Source of the DNA: Polyangiaceae bacterium
Lineage (GTDB): Bacteria; Myxococcota_A; Polyangia; Polyangiales; Polyangiaceae
DNA: 64,000 nt
Assembly (NCBI GenBank): GCA_044376115.1
Contig: JBILLK010000021.1
Span: 96,001 to 160,000, forward strand
Direction of reading: 5' to 3'
Under the pieces are notes generated by a model. The model was not told the DNA's origin and searched no databases. It worked only from the letters and a program-made list of their open reading frames with translations. This document shows, one piece after another, positions 48,380-63,798 of the stretch. A program made the translations under genes and the position numbers. Position 1 is the first letter of the stretch; each line of letters starts with the position of its first letter.

Positions 48380-48976
48380 TCAGCCCGCAGCGAGCGCCAC
48401 GAGCGCAGCGTGCCCGCCGCCGAACATGCTCCAGCCGTCCCCAACCAGCACCGTCTCGATCTCCGTTCGCTCCGCGAGTCGCGCGACCGAACGTTTAGCG
48501 GCCACCGGATCGGAGAGCTTGGGGAGCGGTAGCATCATCAGCGAGTTGGCGCGATGCGCGCGCACGAGATCGCCGGTGATGAGCGTCGTGCCTTCGAGCA
48601 GGAGCGCAAGCTCCCCCGGGGTCTTCGAGCCATCGAGGGCGAGGATCTCGAGACCGGGTACGAGCGACTCGCCGTCGCTCAACCAGCGATCACACGCGAG
48701 CGGAAACGCCTCTCGCTCGCCAGCAGGGCCGGCGACACGCGCACCCGTCTTGGCGCGCAGCACCTCGCTGGCGCGCGTGTGATCCGAGTTCGTGATCACG
48801 ATCCACGCGGCTCCACCAAGCTCGAGCAGGTGCTTCTCGTCGTGCTCGGTCAACGGTAGCGGATCGACCACGACGTTGCCCTCGGGCCGCACCCACAGGA
48901 GCGAGTGGAAGTCGACGTTGCGTTCCGGGTCGAACTGCGACCACGTATGGAGGTCGGGGCGATGCAGGCTCTTCAC
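48380..48976 (-). CDS. MBL-fold metallo-hydrolase (degenerate metal site)
   Basis: VVVDP, ITNSDHTR, KTPGE, LITGD, VLVGDG. Confidence 0.75.
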   Translation of the reverse strand: MKSLHRPDLHTWSQFDPERNVDFHSLLWVRPEGNVVVDPLPLTEHDEKHLLELGGAAWIVITNSDHTRASEVLRAKTGARVAGPAGEREAFPLACDRWLSDGESLVPGLEILALDGSKTPGELALLLEGTTLITGDLVRAHRANSLMMLPLPKLSDPVAAKRSVARLAERTEIETVLVGDGWSMFGGGHAALVALAAG

Positions 48977-49089
48977 GCCCCAAGGCCTACCACGGTGGGG
49001 GCCGGCCTGGGCTTCCCAAACCGGCGCCTTTTCGCCCCACGAGCGACAACAGCCAGATCCTAACGGCGCGTCGTGCGTTTAACTCATCG

Positions 49090-50151
49090 ATGAAGCCGCC
49101 GTCCCAAGAGCACCCGTTCCGCACAACCCCTGAGCACGCAGAGCCCACGGTACAGGCCGTCACGAGCGCGTGGTCCCAAACGAGGCGCCGCGTCCTCGAA
49201 CACCTCGCCGCGATGGGCGTGCTTCTCGTGCCGGCCTGTCAGGAGCCGAGCACCACGCCCACCGCCGAAGCACCTACCACGTCCGTGGTAGCCCCCTCCT
49301 CGACCGCAGCAGCGCCCACCACTTCCGCGAGCGCCGTCGTTTCGGCGTCCGCCGCCCCGAGCGCGAGCGCTACCGTTCGCAGCAAGGTCGGCGAATCCTG
49401 CCAGACGGACGCAGACTGTGAAGCAAACCTCCACTGCAGACTCGGCTTCGACGGATCGAAGTTCTCGAAGACGGGCACCTGCGCAAAGGAGGCTCCCATC
49501 TACGAGGGGCGCCCGCTGCGCGTGGACGGTGAGGCGCGCGTAGCGACGCTCGGCGGCTCGCCGAAGGCTGACGTCAGCAGCTGGACTGCCTACTTCGCCC
49601 GCGCCGCAGCCGAAGAACACGCCAGCGTGGCCGCCTTCGCGCGGACGCTCTGTCAGTTGATGGCGCTAGGTGCACCGCTCGAGTTGCTCGCCCGTACCCA
49701 GCGAGCGCTCGCCGACGAGATCGAACACACCCGCGGATGCCTCGCGTGGCTGCAGCGATCGGGTGGGCCGGAGGACGCCCTGGGCGTGTTGCCGGAGGCA
49801 GCAGCCGCCATTCCCGGAGCCGATCACGGGCTCGACGCGCTCGCCCAAGCGCTGTTGGTCGACGTGCTCCACGGTGGCTGCGTGGGGGAGACGCTAGCTG
49901 CAGAGGCCATGCTCGAACGCGCCGCGCACGCCCCCGAAGCGGAGCTCGCCGAGTGGCTAGCGCGCGTCGCTGATGACGAGGCGAGACACGCAGCGCTCGC
50001 GTTCGAGACGGCGGCGTGGGTCGTGGCGCAAAGGCCCGCGCTCAAGCAGGTCGTCCTCAGCGAACTAGCGGGCCTCCCCGCTGCAATTCGCGGCCGCATC
50101 GAGCCGCTCGCTCGAGCCTGTGGGCTGCTCGATGCGGAGGCGACAGCGTAG
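49090..50151 (+). CDS. Myxobacterial ferritin-like domain lipoprotein (paralog of 9488..10801)
   Basis: RRRVL...VPAC, EGRPL.VDG, EHASVAAF, DEIEH, GCVGET, DEARHA. Confidence 0.75.
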   Translation: MKPPSQEHPFRTTPEHAEPTVQAVTSAWSQTRRRVLEHLAAMGVLLVPACQEPSTTPTAEAPTTSVVAPSSTAAAPTTSASAVVSASAAPSASATVRSKVGESCQTDADCEANLHCRLGFDGSKFSKTGTCAKEAPIYEGRPLRVDGEARVATLGGSPKADVSSWTAYFARAAAEEHASVAAFARTLCQLMALGAPLELLARTQRALADEIEHTRGCLAWLQRSGGPEDALGVLPEAAAAIPGADHGLDALAQALLVDVLHGGCVGETLAAEAMLERAAHAPEAELAEWLARVADDEARHAALAFETAAWVVAQRPALKQVVLSELAGLPAAIRGRIEPLARACGLLDAEATA

Positions 50152-50184
50152 CGCGCGGCAAAGCCTGCATGCCATGATCGCACG

Positions 50185-50325
50185 ATGAAGCACGCGTTCT
50201 TCTGCTTGAGCCTCGTGACACTTCCCCTCGCGGCTTGCGGCGAGCAAGCATCCATCCCCGAAGCCCGCGCGAGGTTGGCGGAGTGTGAAGACCAGGGAAC
50301 GCAGGCCGAGTGCGAACAGGCGTGA
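50185..50325 (+). CDS. 46-aa small lipoprotein (or truncated remnant)
   Basis: MKHAFFCLSLVTLPLAACGEQASIPEARARLAECEDQGTQAECEQA with LAAC lipobox; not in the ORF track. Confidence 0.55.
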   Translation: MKHAFFCLSLVTLPLAACGEQASIPEARARLAECEDQGTQAECEQA

Positions 50326-50427
50326 TTTAGACCGCCACTCCTTTCGTTCGCTTTAACCTACGTATTCGTTCGACAAATACTTATCGTTCGGACGGCTGGA
50401 GGAGATGGTGGTAGGTAAACTGCGCCC

Positions 50428-55167
<4,740 letters not shown>

Positions 55168-55170
55168 GCG

Positions 55171-58100
55171 GTGAGCTCCCAGAACCACATTGCCATCGTC
55201 GGGGTCGCCGGGCGCTTCCCCGAAGCGACCGACGTCGCGACCTACTTCGAGAACCTGGTGAAGGGCCTCGAGTGCATCAAGACCTTCAGCGACGAGGAGC
55301 TGCGCCGCGCCGGCGTCCCCGAGGCCGACTTCGCCGATCCGCACTACATACGCACCGGGGCGGTGTTCCCGGAAATGGAGGGCTTCGACGCAGGGTTCTT
55401 CGGCTTCAGCCCGCGCGACGCCGCCATCCTCGATCCACAGCACCGCCACTTCCTCGAGGTCAGCTGGGAGGCGCTCGAGGACGCTGGCTACGACCCAGCG
55501 AAGTTCGACGGCAACGTCGGGGTCTTCGGCGGCAGCGGGCACAACGCGTACATGCCCTACAACCTGCTTTCGAACCCCGACCTCGTCGCCTCGGTGGGGT
55601 TCTTTCTGCTGCGCCACACCGGCAACGACAAGGACTTCCTCACCACGCGGGTCTCCTACTGCTTCGACCTGCGCGGCCCATCGGTCGCGGTTCAGACCGC
55701 GTGCAGCACCTCGCTCGTCGCGATCCACATGGCGGCTCAGAGCCTGCTCTCTGGCGAGTGCGACATGGCACTGGCAGGCGGCGTCACGATCGAGATGCCC
55801 CACTACCGCGGCTACAAATACGAGGAGGGGGAGATCCTGAGCCCGGACGGGCACTGCCGCTCGTTCGAAGAGCGCTCGCAAGGCACCTTCTTCTCGAGCG
55901 GCGTCGGGGTCGTCGTACTCAAGCGGCTCGACGATGCGATCGCCGCCGGCGACACGATCCGCGCGGTGATCCTCGGCTCGGCCATCAACAACGATGGCGC
56001 GAACAAGGTCGGCTACCTCGCTCCCAGCGTCGACGGCCAAGCCGCCGCCGTGGCAGAGGCGCTCGCGCTCGCCGACGTCGACGCACGCTCGATCTCCTAC
56101 GTCGAGGCCCACGGGACCGGCACGCCCGTCGGAGATCCGATCGAGGTCGCGGCGCTCACCCGCGCCTTCCGCGAGAGCACCGACGACGTCGGGTTCTGCG
56201 GACTCGGCTCGGTCAAGACGAACATCGGCCACACCGACAACGCCGCTGGCGTCGCGAGCCTGCTCAAGGTCGTGCGCGCGCTCGAGACCGGCGTGCTCCC
56301 GCGCACGCTGCACTTCGAACGCCCCAATCCGTCGCTCGATCTCGAGCGCAGCCCGTTCACGATCCAGGCGAAGAACGGCGCGTGGCCGCGCACGCCGAAG
56401 AGCCCGCGTCGCGCCGCGGTCAACTCGTTGGGCGTCGGTGGAACCAACGCCTTCGTCATCCTCGAAGAGGCGCCCCTCCCGCCTGCGCCGGCGCCCAGCC
56501 GCGCGGTGCAGCTGCTCGTTTCGTCGGCGCGCAGCGCAAGCGCCGCCGACCGCGCAGTCACGCGGCTCGGCCAGCACCTCGGAGCTCACCCGGACACCAC
56601 GCTCGCGGACGCAGCGTTCACGCTGCAGACCGGAAGGCGCGCGTTCGGTCATCGCCGCGCCATCGTGGCCAAGAACGCCGCGGAAGCAGCCGAGGTCGCG
56701 CGTGATCCGTCCCGCGTCCTCATCGGGATCGCGCCGGAGAAGCCGCAAAAGGTCGTCTACCTTTTTCCCGGCGGAGGCGCGCAATACGCCGACATGGGCC
56801 GCGGCCTGTACGAGAGCGAGCCGGTGTATCGCGCCGAGATCGATCGCTGCCTCGCGCTGCTCAAGCCGCGCGTCGGAGATCTGAAGGCGCTGCTCTTTCC
56901 CGAGGCTTCCGAGCGTGAGTCGGCAAGCGCGCGCCTCGAGCGCCCGTCCCTCTCGCTGCCCGTGCTGTTCGCGACCGAGTACGCCCTCGCCAAGCTCTGG
57001 GAGTCGTGGGGCGTCCCGCCGGTCGCGATGATCGGCCACAGCATGGGCGAGTACACGGCCGCGTGCCTCGCTGGCGTCTTCTCGCTCGAGGACGCGCTCG
57101 CGCTCGTCAGCGTGCGCGGCCAGCTGTTCGAGAAGGTCGAGCCGAGCGGCATGTTGAGCGTACCGCTGTCGGCGCAGGAGCTCGAGCCGCACCTCGGGCC
57201 GCAGCTCTCGATCGCCGCCATCAACGGCAGCGCGCTCACCGTCGCCTCCGGTCCGAACGACGCCATCGCCGAGCTCGCACGCAAGCTCACCGCGATGGAG
57301 GTCGAGGCCCAACGCGTGCACATCGCGATCGCCGCGCACTCGAAGATGCTCGAGCCGATCCTCCCCGAGTTCGGCCGCTTCACGCGCACGATCCGCTACG
57401 CGGAGCCGAAGCTCCCGTTCGCCTCGAACGTCACAGGCCAGCTGATCACCGCGCGCGAAGCCACCGATCCCGAGTACTGGGTACGCCATCTGCGCGGCAC
57501 CGTGCGCTTCCTCGACGGGCTCGACGCCGTGCTCAGCGAACCGAACCGTGCGCTGCTCGAGGTCGGCCCCGGCAGAGCGCTCTCCACCTTCGGGCGCGCC
57601 CGCGCGCAGGAGCTCGGCAAGCCCGTCGCGTGCGTGAGTTCGCTCCGTCACGTCAAAGACGAGTCGCCGGATCTCGAGGTGCTCACCGCGGCGCTCGGGC
57701 GGCTCTGGGTCGCTGGCGTCAACGTCGACTTCACCGCGCTCCACGGCGACGCAAAACGACGCCGCGTCCCGCTCCCCACCTACCCCTTCGAACATCAGCG
57801 CCACTGGATCGAGCCCGGCAAATCGCTCGCGGCAAAGCCCCTCCCCTCGCTCGCAAAAAAGCCCGACCTCAGCGACTGGTTCTACAGCTCTTCATTCGAG
57901 CGCCGACCGATCGCTCCGCAGCCTCAAGCGGCAGCTGCTGCTCCGCGCCCGATCGTGGTGCTGGGAGGCGAGGGCCACGGCGAAGCGCTGCGAAGCGAGT
58001 TGCGCAAGCTTGGACTCGACTCTCCCGATCCCGGAGATCTGGGGCGCACGCTACCTTCGCGTCGCGAGGATCTCGAGCGCGTATTGCACCACGTTCTATC

Positions 58101-61100
58101 CGGGACCTCCGGCAAAGCGACGCTGCTCTGGCTCAGCCCGCAGCTCGCCGCGCACGGTGCTGCGAGCGACGGCTTCGCCGAGCTACTCGCGCTCGGCCAG
58201 TCGCTGGGAGCGTTCGAAGGCCGCGCGCTCGAGCTCGTCGTCGTGACGAAGCACGCCTTCGAGGTCGGCGGGGAAACCGAGCGCCAGCCCGAGGGCGCGA
58301 TGCTCGTCGCGGCGGCGCGCGTCTTGGCGCGAGAGATCGCCGGGCTCGAGGTTCGGGCGGTCGACGTTGATAACGCGGCGCTCTCGCGGCCGCGCGAGCT
58401 CGCGCGCTCGCTCGCCGACGAGCTCGCCGCCGTGAGCCCCGAGCGCTTTGTCGTGCTGCGCGGCCAACGGCGCTTCGTCGAGCGCTTTGACCCGATGCCG
58501 CTCGGCAAGTCAGCCGCGCCGTCGCGGCTGCGCGAAGGCGGCGTGTACGTCGTCACCGGCGGCCTCGGCGGCATCGGCCTCTCGCTGGCCGAGCATCTCG
58601 TCACGCGCCACGCCGCGAAGGTGGTGCTCGTGGGCCGCCGCGAGCTCCCTGCGGACCGGCGAGCTTGGCTCGTCTCGCATGATCCCGACGATGCGACGAG
58701 CGTCGCCTTGCGGAGGATCGAAGAGCTCGAGCGAGCTGGAGGTGAGGTCCTCGCGGTGTCGGCAGACGTGTCGACGGCGGCAGGCTGGCGCGCCGTGCTC
58801 GCGGCGTCGGATGGCCGCTTCGGCGTTGTGAACGGCGTCTTTCACACGGCCGGTGTGCTCGACGACGGCGTCGTCGCGCTGGAGACGCTCGAGGCGGCTC
58901 AACGCGTCCTCGCGCCGAAGGTCGAAGGAGCGAAGGCCCTCGACGTCGCGCTCGCGGAGCGTCCGCTCGACTTCGTCGTCTACTTCTCCTCGATCAGCGC
59001 CATCACCGGGCTCGCCGGCCAGTTCGATTACGCCGCCGCCAACGCCTTCCTCGACGCCTACGCCGAGGAGCGCACCCGACGCACCGGACAGCCGACGTTC
59101 GCGCTCGGTTGGAACGCCTGGCGCGACGTCGGCATGGCGGCCACGTTGGCCTCGTCCCTCGGCGTCGCAGACGGCGAGCCGCAGGCACCTCGCGGTCTGC
59201 CCACCGGCCACCCTTGGCTCGACCGTCGCGTGCTCGACGCTGCCGACGAGAAGGCCTTCGACTCGATCCTCGCGCCGAACACCCACTGGGTTCTCGGCGA
59301 GCACGTCCTCCGCGGAAGCGACGCGGTGATGCCCGGCACCGGCTACCTCGAGTTCGCGCGCGCAGCGTTCCACGAGGTCGAGGGTCCCGGCCCGGTCGAG
59401 CTCTCCGACGTCAGCTTCATGGTGCCGTTCTCGGTCGAACGCGGACGGCGCGCGCGGCTGCGGATCTCCTTGAAGCGCGTGGAGCGCGGCTGGGCCTTCA
59501 TCATCGCGAGCGGCGCCGGGCCCGAGCTCGTCGAACACTGCCGCGGCCTCGTGCGAAGGCCGGAGCTCGGCGGTGCGCCCATCGTCGAACCGCCGCCCGT
59601 CGTCGGCGTCGAACGGAGCAGCTTCCCGCTCGAGAGCGAACGGCACGTCGCTTTCGGCGGGCGCTGGGCCAACCGCACGCGCGGGCTCTTCGGTGACCGC
59701 CAAGCCGAGCTCGCGCTCGAGCTGCCTGAGGCTCACCGTGACGACCTTGCGGCGTTTCAGCTCCACCCGGCGTTGCTCGACTTCGCGACGGCGGGCGCTC
59801 AGGAGCTCATCCCCGGCTTCGACGACGCGCAGTTCTACGTGCCTCTCTCCTACGGCGCCCTCACGCTGCACGCGCCGCTCGAGGCGAAGCTGCGTAGCGT
59901 CATCCGCCTCGCTCCAGCGTCGTCCGACGGCCTCGCTTCGTTCGCCGTGAGCGTATTCTCAGCTGACGGTCGCCTGCTGCTGGAGGTCGAAGACTTCACC
60001 ATGCGTCGCGTCGACGGCGCGAAGCTCTCCACGAGCAAGGCGAAGAAGGCTCGCACCGCCACCGCGAATGAGATCCTCGAGCGCTCGCTCGAGGCGGGCA
60101 TCCGCACCGAGGAGGGCATGGAGGCGATCGAGCGGGTGCTGCGTGGCCCGGTCGTTCCTCGCATCCTGGTCTCGTCGCAGGACCTCGCCGCGCTGCTCGC
60201 GAGCGCGGAGCCAGCACGAGCTGAAGAGGCAACCGAGCAAGCCGCGAGCGGTGCCCACCGCGTCCCGAGGCCCGCGTTGACAGCCGCGTTCATATCGCCA
60301 CGGACGCCGCTCGAGCAGCAGATCGCGAAGGTGTTCGAAGAGCTGCTCGGCATCGATGGGGTCGGCGTCCACGACGACTTCTTCGAACTCGGCGGCCACT
60401 CGCTGCTCCTCACGCAGCTCGCGGCGCGGGTGCGCAAACAGACGAAGACCGAGATCGGCCTTCGCAGCCTGTTCGAGAAACGCTCCGTCGCCGATCTCGC
60501 CGCGCAGATCGACGCGGCGCGCGCGTCGGGCGCCTCCAGCGGCCCGCGGCTCGTTCACACTCCGCGAGGGCCGGACGAGCTCGTGCCGGCGTCGAGCGCC
60601 CAAGAGCGGCTGTGGTTCCTCGATCAGCTCGAGTCCGGCACCGCCGTCTACAGCATCCCGCAGGCGCTCCGGCTCCGCGGGCCGCTCGATCTCGAGCGAC
60701 TCCGACGCGCGGTGCAGACCGTCGTCGATCGGCACGAGTCACTGCGGACGACCTTCGTCGCGCCGGAGGGCATTCCTCTGCAGCGAATCCATCCGAGCTT
60801 GGAGGTCCTGCTCGACGTCCGCTCGCTCGCGGAGCTCAGTGAGACCGAGCGTCTCAGTGAGGCCCGCCGCATGCTCGACGAGGAGGCCGCGCGGCCCTTC
60901 GATCTCGCCGTTGGGCCGCTCTTCCGCGCCGGCGTCTTGGTGCTCGGACCGACCGATCGGCTCTTCTGGATCGACGTTCACCACATCGTCTGCGACGGCT
61001 TCTCCTTGGCTATGTTCCACCAGGAGATCAGCGCGCTCTACCGCGGGGACGTTCTGCCCGAGGTCAGCATCCAATACGCGGACTTCTCGCGCTGGCAGTC

Positions 61101-63792
61101 CGAGTCACTGCGAGGGGACGCCCTCGCGAGCGAGCTCGCCCACTGGCGTGAAGCGCTCGGCACCTCCATACCGACGCTCGATCTGCCCACAGACAGACCG
61201 CGGCCCCCGACGCCAACGACGCGCGGTGCGCAGCTCGAGTTCGCACTCGATCGCGAGCTGGTCGAAGGTGTGGCGGACCTCGGTCGCCTCGCGGGCGTAT
61301 CCTCGTTCCAGACGTTCCTCGCCGCATTCCAGGTGCTGCTACATCGGCTGTCCGGCCAGACGGAGATCCTCGTCGGCTCGCCCGTGGCCAACCGCGAGCG
61401 CCCTGAGATCGAGCGGGCGATCGGCTTCTACACCAACACGGTCGTGTTCCGCGGTGACCTCGCAGGAGCGCCCTCCTTCCGCGCGCTCTTGGAGCGCACG
61501 CGCGAGGTCGTGCTCTCAGGCCTCGCGCACCAGGACGTGCCCTTCGACAAGCTGGTGGAGGCCGTCCAAGCGAACCGAAACACCAGCGTACACCCGCTCT
61601 TCCAAGCCATGTTCGCCCTGCAACAAGCCCCCGAGTCGGCGCTCACGTTGGACGGGGTCACAGTCGAGCTCTGGAGCGCCCACTCGCGCACCGCGAAGTT
61701 CGACGTGCTGTGTGAACTCCAAGACACGGGGCGCGGCCTGCAGGGCTTCTTCGAGTACAACACCGATCTCTTCGACCCAGCGACCGCGGGGTGCTTCGTC
61801 CAAAGCTTCGAGGTGCTGCTCCGTGCTGCCGTAGCGAACGCGGATACCTCGATCGACGAGCTGCCCGTCCTCGACGAGGCTTCGCACCGGCGCCAGCTCG
61901 AGGAGTGGAACGCGACCGCAGCCGACCTCCCTCGCGTCTGCGTGCACGAACTCTTCGCCACCCAGGCGGAGCGCACGCCCGACGCGATCGCGATCGAGTT
62001 CGGCGAAGATCGTATCAGCTACGCCGACCTCGATCGCCGCGTGAACAAGCTCGCGCACGCCCTGCTCGAACGAGGCGTCTCTCGCGGAGATCGCGTCGGC
62101 ATCTTCCTCGAGCGTTCGCTCGACCTGGTCGCGACCATGCTCGCGGTCGGCCGCGCCGGCGCGACCTACGTCCCGCTCGACCCGGCCTATCCTGCCGAGC
62201 GCGTCGCCTTCATGCTGAGCGACTCTGGCGCGCGCCTCGTCGTCAGCCGTGCTGATGAGGCCCGCGATCTCCCGGCGAGCGACGCCACCGTCTTCCTCCT
62301 CGATACCGAGTCCGCCTCGCTCGACGCGGGCTCCGACGCACCCGTCAACGGCGCCTCCAACCCGACCCTCCCGGCCTACGTGCTCTACACCTCGGGCTCG
62401 ACCGGCAAGCCGAAGGGCGTCGTCATCTCGCAGCTCGCTCTCACCAACTTCATCCTCTCGATGCAGCGCACGCCAGGCTGCTCGTCCTCCGATCGGCTCC
62501 TCGCCGTCACCACCATCTCCTTCGACATCTCAGGCCTCGAGCTCTACTTGCCGCTCACCGTCGGCGCGACCGTGGTGCTCGCCTCTCGCGATCTCGCGAC
62601 CAGCGGCGACGACCTCGTCGCGACGCTGGAGCAGAAGCGCATCTCCATCCTCCAAGCAACCCCGGCCACCTTCCGCGTAATGCTCGACGCCGGCTGGGAC
62701 CAGCGACGCGAGGGGCTCAAGATCCTCTGCGGCGGTGAGGCGATGCCACCCGAGCTCGCCGAGCGCCTGCTCGGCCGCGCCAGCGAACTCTGGAACATGT
62801 ACGGCCCCACCGAGACCACCATCTGGTCGACCTGCAAACGCATCACCGACGCCGCCGACATCACCGTCGGGCGACCGATCGCCAACACCACCGTCTACGT
62901 CCTCGACACCAAGCTCCAGCCGGGGGTCGAGGGCGTCGCGGGCGATCTCTACCTCGGCGGTGCCGGCGTCGCCGACGGCTACTGGGGCCGCGAGGATCTC
63001 ACCCGCGAGCGCTTCCTGCCCGACCCGTTCCGCCCCAGCGAACGCATCTACAAGACAGGAGACCGCGCGCGCCTACGCCACGACGGCGAGCTGCTCTTCC
63101 TCGGTCGCTCCGACAACCAGGTCAAGGTCCGCGGCTTCCGCATCGAGCTCGGCGAGATCGAGACCGTCCTCGCGCGCCACGCGAGCGTCGCCGAGTGCGT
63201 CGTCGTCGTCCGCGACGACGGCGCCGGGGACAAGCGCATCGTCGCCTACTGCGTCTACCGCGGCGACGAGGAGCCCACCGCGAGCGAGCTCCGCAAGTTC
63301 CTCCGTGCCGACCTGCCGGAGTACATGGTCCCGCACATGTTCGCCGGACTCCCGACCCTCCCCCTCACAGACAACCGCAAGGTCGATCGCAAGGCGCTCC
63401 CCGATCCGTTCGACTCGAAGGTCGAGGCCGGGGATGAGTTCATCCCTCCCCGCAGTGAGACGGAACTGCTCGTCGCCGAGGTTTGGCGGGAGCTGCTCAA
63501 GTCGGACCGCGTAGGCGCAAGCGACAACTTCTTCGAGATAGGCGGTCACTCGCTGTTGTCGATGCAGGTCATCGTTCGACTCGAGAGGGCCACCGGCCAC
63601 AGGCTCGGACCACGCACGCTCGTGTTCTCGACGCTCGAGCAGATCGCGGCGGAGATCGACGCGGCTCGCCCGAAGCGGCTCTCCTCCGCAAGCCAGCAAC
63701 CATCGACTCCTAACCCAACACAAGCCCCCGAAGAGCCCGCGAGCCTCTCCAAGAAGTTCTTCGGTGCCATCAAATCCCGCTTCTTCCGCTGA
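55171..63792 (+). CDS. Hybrid type I PKS-NRPS: KS-AT-KR-DH-ACP-C-A-PCP
   Basis: TACSTS/HGTGT/GHT (KS), GHSMG (AT), GGLGGIG, LDD, YAAAN (KR), EHVLRG...MPG and HPALLD (DH), GGHSL (ACP), HHIVCDG (C), YTSGSTGKPKG (A), GGHSLL (PCP); no TE. Confidence 0.95.
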   Translation: MSSQNHIAIVGVAGRFPEATDVATYFENLVKGLECIKTFSDEELRRAGVPEADFADPHYIRTGAVFPEMEGFDAGFFGFSPRDAAILDPQHRHFLEVSWEALEDAGYDPAKFDGNVGVFGGSGHNAYMPYNLLSNPDLVASVGFFLLRHTGNDKDFLTTRVSYCFDLRGPSVAVQTACSTSLVAIHMAAQSLLSGECDMALAGGVTIEMPHYRGYKYEEGEILSPDGHCRSFEERSQGTFFSSGVGVVVLKRLDDAIAAGDTIRAVILGSAINNDGANKVGYLAPSVDGQAAAVAEALALADVDARSISYVEAHGTGTPVGDPIEVAALTRAFRESTDDVGFCGLGSVKTNIGHTDNAAGVASLLKVVRALETGVLPRTLHFERPNPSLDLERSPFTIQAKNGAWPRTPKSPRRAAVNSLGVGGTNAFVILEEAPLPPAPAPSRAVQLLVSSARSASAADRAVTRLGQHLGAHPDTTLADAAFTLQTGRRAFGHRRAIVAKNAAEAAEVARDPSRVLIGIAPEKPQKVVYLFPGGGAQYADMGRGLYESEPVYRAEIDRCLALLKPRVGDLKALLFPEASERESASARLERPSLSLPVLFATEYALAKLWESWGVPPVAMIGHSMGEYTAACLAGVFSLEDALALVSVRGQLFEKVEPSGMLSVPLSAQELEPHLGPQLSIAAINGSALTVASGPNDAIAELARKLTAMEVEAQRVHIAIAAHSKMLEPILPEFGRFTRTIRYAEPKLPFASNVTGQLITAREATDPEYWVRHLRGTVRFLDGLDAVLSEPNRALLEVGPGRALSTFGRARAQELGKPVACVSSLRHVKDESPDLEVLTAALGRLWVAGVNVDFTALHGDAKRRRVPLPTYPFEHQRHWIEPGKSLAAKPLPSLAKKPDLSDWFYSSSFERRPIAPQPQAAAAAPRPIVVLGGEGHGEALRSELRKLGLDSPDPGDLGRTLPSRREDLERVLHHVLSGTSGKATLLWLSPQLAAHGAASDGFAELLALGQSLGAFEGRALELVVVTKHAFEVGGETERQPEGAMLVAAARVLAREIAGLEVRAVDVDNAALSRPRELARSLADELAAVSPERFVVLRGQRRFVERFDPMPLGKSAAPSRLREGGVYVVTGGLGGIGLSLAEHLVTRHAAKVVLVGRRELPADRRAWLVSHDPDDATSVALRRIEELERAGGEVLAVSADVSTAAGWRAVLAASDGRFGVVNGVFHTAGVLDDGVVALETLEAAQRVLAPKVEGAKALDVALAERPLDFVVYFSSISAITGLAGQFDYAAANAFLDAYAEERTRRTGQPTFALGWNAWRDVGMAATLASSLGVADGEPQAPRGLPTGHPWLDRRVLDAADEKAFDSILAPNTHWVLGEHVLRGSDAVMPGTGYLEFARAAFHEVEGPGPVELSDVSFMVPFSVERGRRARLRISLKRVERGWAFIIASGAGPELVEHCRGLVRRPELGGAPIVEPPPVVGVERSSFPLESERHVAFGGRWANRTRGLFGDRQAELALELPEAHRDDLAAFQLHPALLDFATAGAQELIPGFDDAQFYVPLSYGALTLHAPLEAKLRSVIRLAPASSDGLASFAVSVFSADGRLLLEVEDFTMRRVDGAKLSTSKAKKARTATANEILERSLEAGIRTEEGMEAIERVLRGPVVPRILVSSQDLAALLASAEPARAEEATEQAASGAHRVPRPALTAAFISPRTPLEQQIAKVFEELLGIDGVGVHDDFFELGGHSLLLTQLAARVRKQTKTEIGLRSLFEKRSVADLAAQIDAARASGASSGPRLVHTPRGPDELVPASSAQERLWFLDQLESGTAVYSIPQALRLRGPLDLERLRRAVQTVVDRHESLRTTFVAPEGIPLQRIHPSLEVLLDVRSLAELSETERLSEARRMLDEEAARPFDLAVGPLFRAGVLVLGPTDRLFWIDVHHIVCDGFSLAMFHQEISALYRGDVLPEVSIQYADFSRWQSESLRGDALASELAHWREALGTSIPTLDLPTDRPRPPTPTTRGAQLEFALDRELVEGVADLGRLAGVSSFQTFLAAFQVLLHRLSGQTEILVGSPVANRERPEIERAIGFYTNTVVFRGDLAGAPSFRALLERTREVVLSGLAHQDVPFDKLVEAVQANRNTSVHPLFQAMFALQQAPESALTLDGVTVELWSAHSRTAKFDVLCELQDTGRGLQGFFEYNTDLFDPATAGCFVQSFEVLLRAAVANADTSIDELPVLDEASHRRQLEEWNATAADLPRVCVHELFATQAERTPDAIAIEFGEDRISYADLDRRVNKLAHALLERGVSRGDRVGIFLERSLDLVATMLAVGRAGATYVPLDPAYPAERVAFMLSDSGARLVVSRADEARDLPASDATVFLLDTESASLDAGSDAPVNGASNPTLPAYVLYTSGSTGKPKGVVISQLALTNFILSMQRTPGCSSSDRLLAVTTISFDISGLELYLPLTVGATVVLASRDLATSGDDLVATLEQKRISILQATPATFRVMLDAGWDQRREGLKILCGGEAMPPELAERLLGRASELWNMYGPTETTIWSTCKRITDAADITVGRPIANTTVYVLDTKLQPGVEGVAGDLYLGGAGVADGYWGREDLTRERFLPDPFRPSERIYKTGDRARLRHDGELLFLGRSDNQVKVRGFRIELGEIETVLARHASVAECVVVVRDDGAGDKRIVAYCVYRGDEEPTASELRKFLRADLPEYMVPHMFAGLPTLPLTDNRKVDRKALPDPFDSKVEAGDEFIPPRSETELLVAEVWRELLKSDRVGASDNFFEIGGHSLLSMQVIVRLERATGHRLGPRTLVFSTLEQIAAEIDAARPKRLSSASQQPSTPNPTQAPEEPASLSKKFFGAIKSRFFR

Positions 63793-63798
63793 CCAAAA

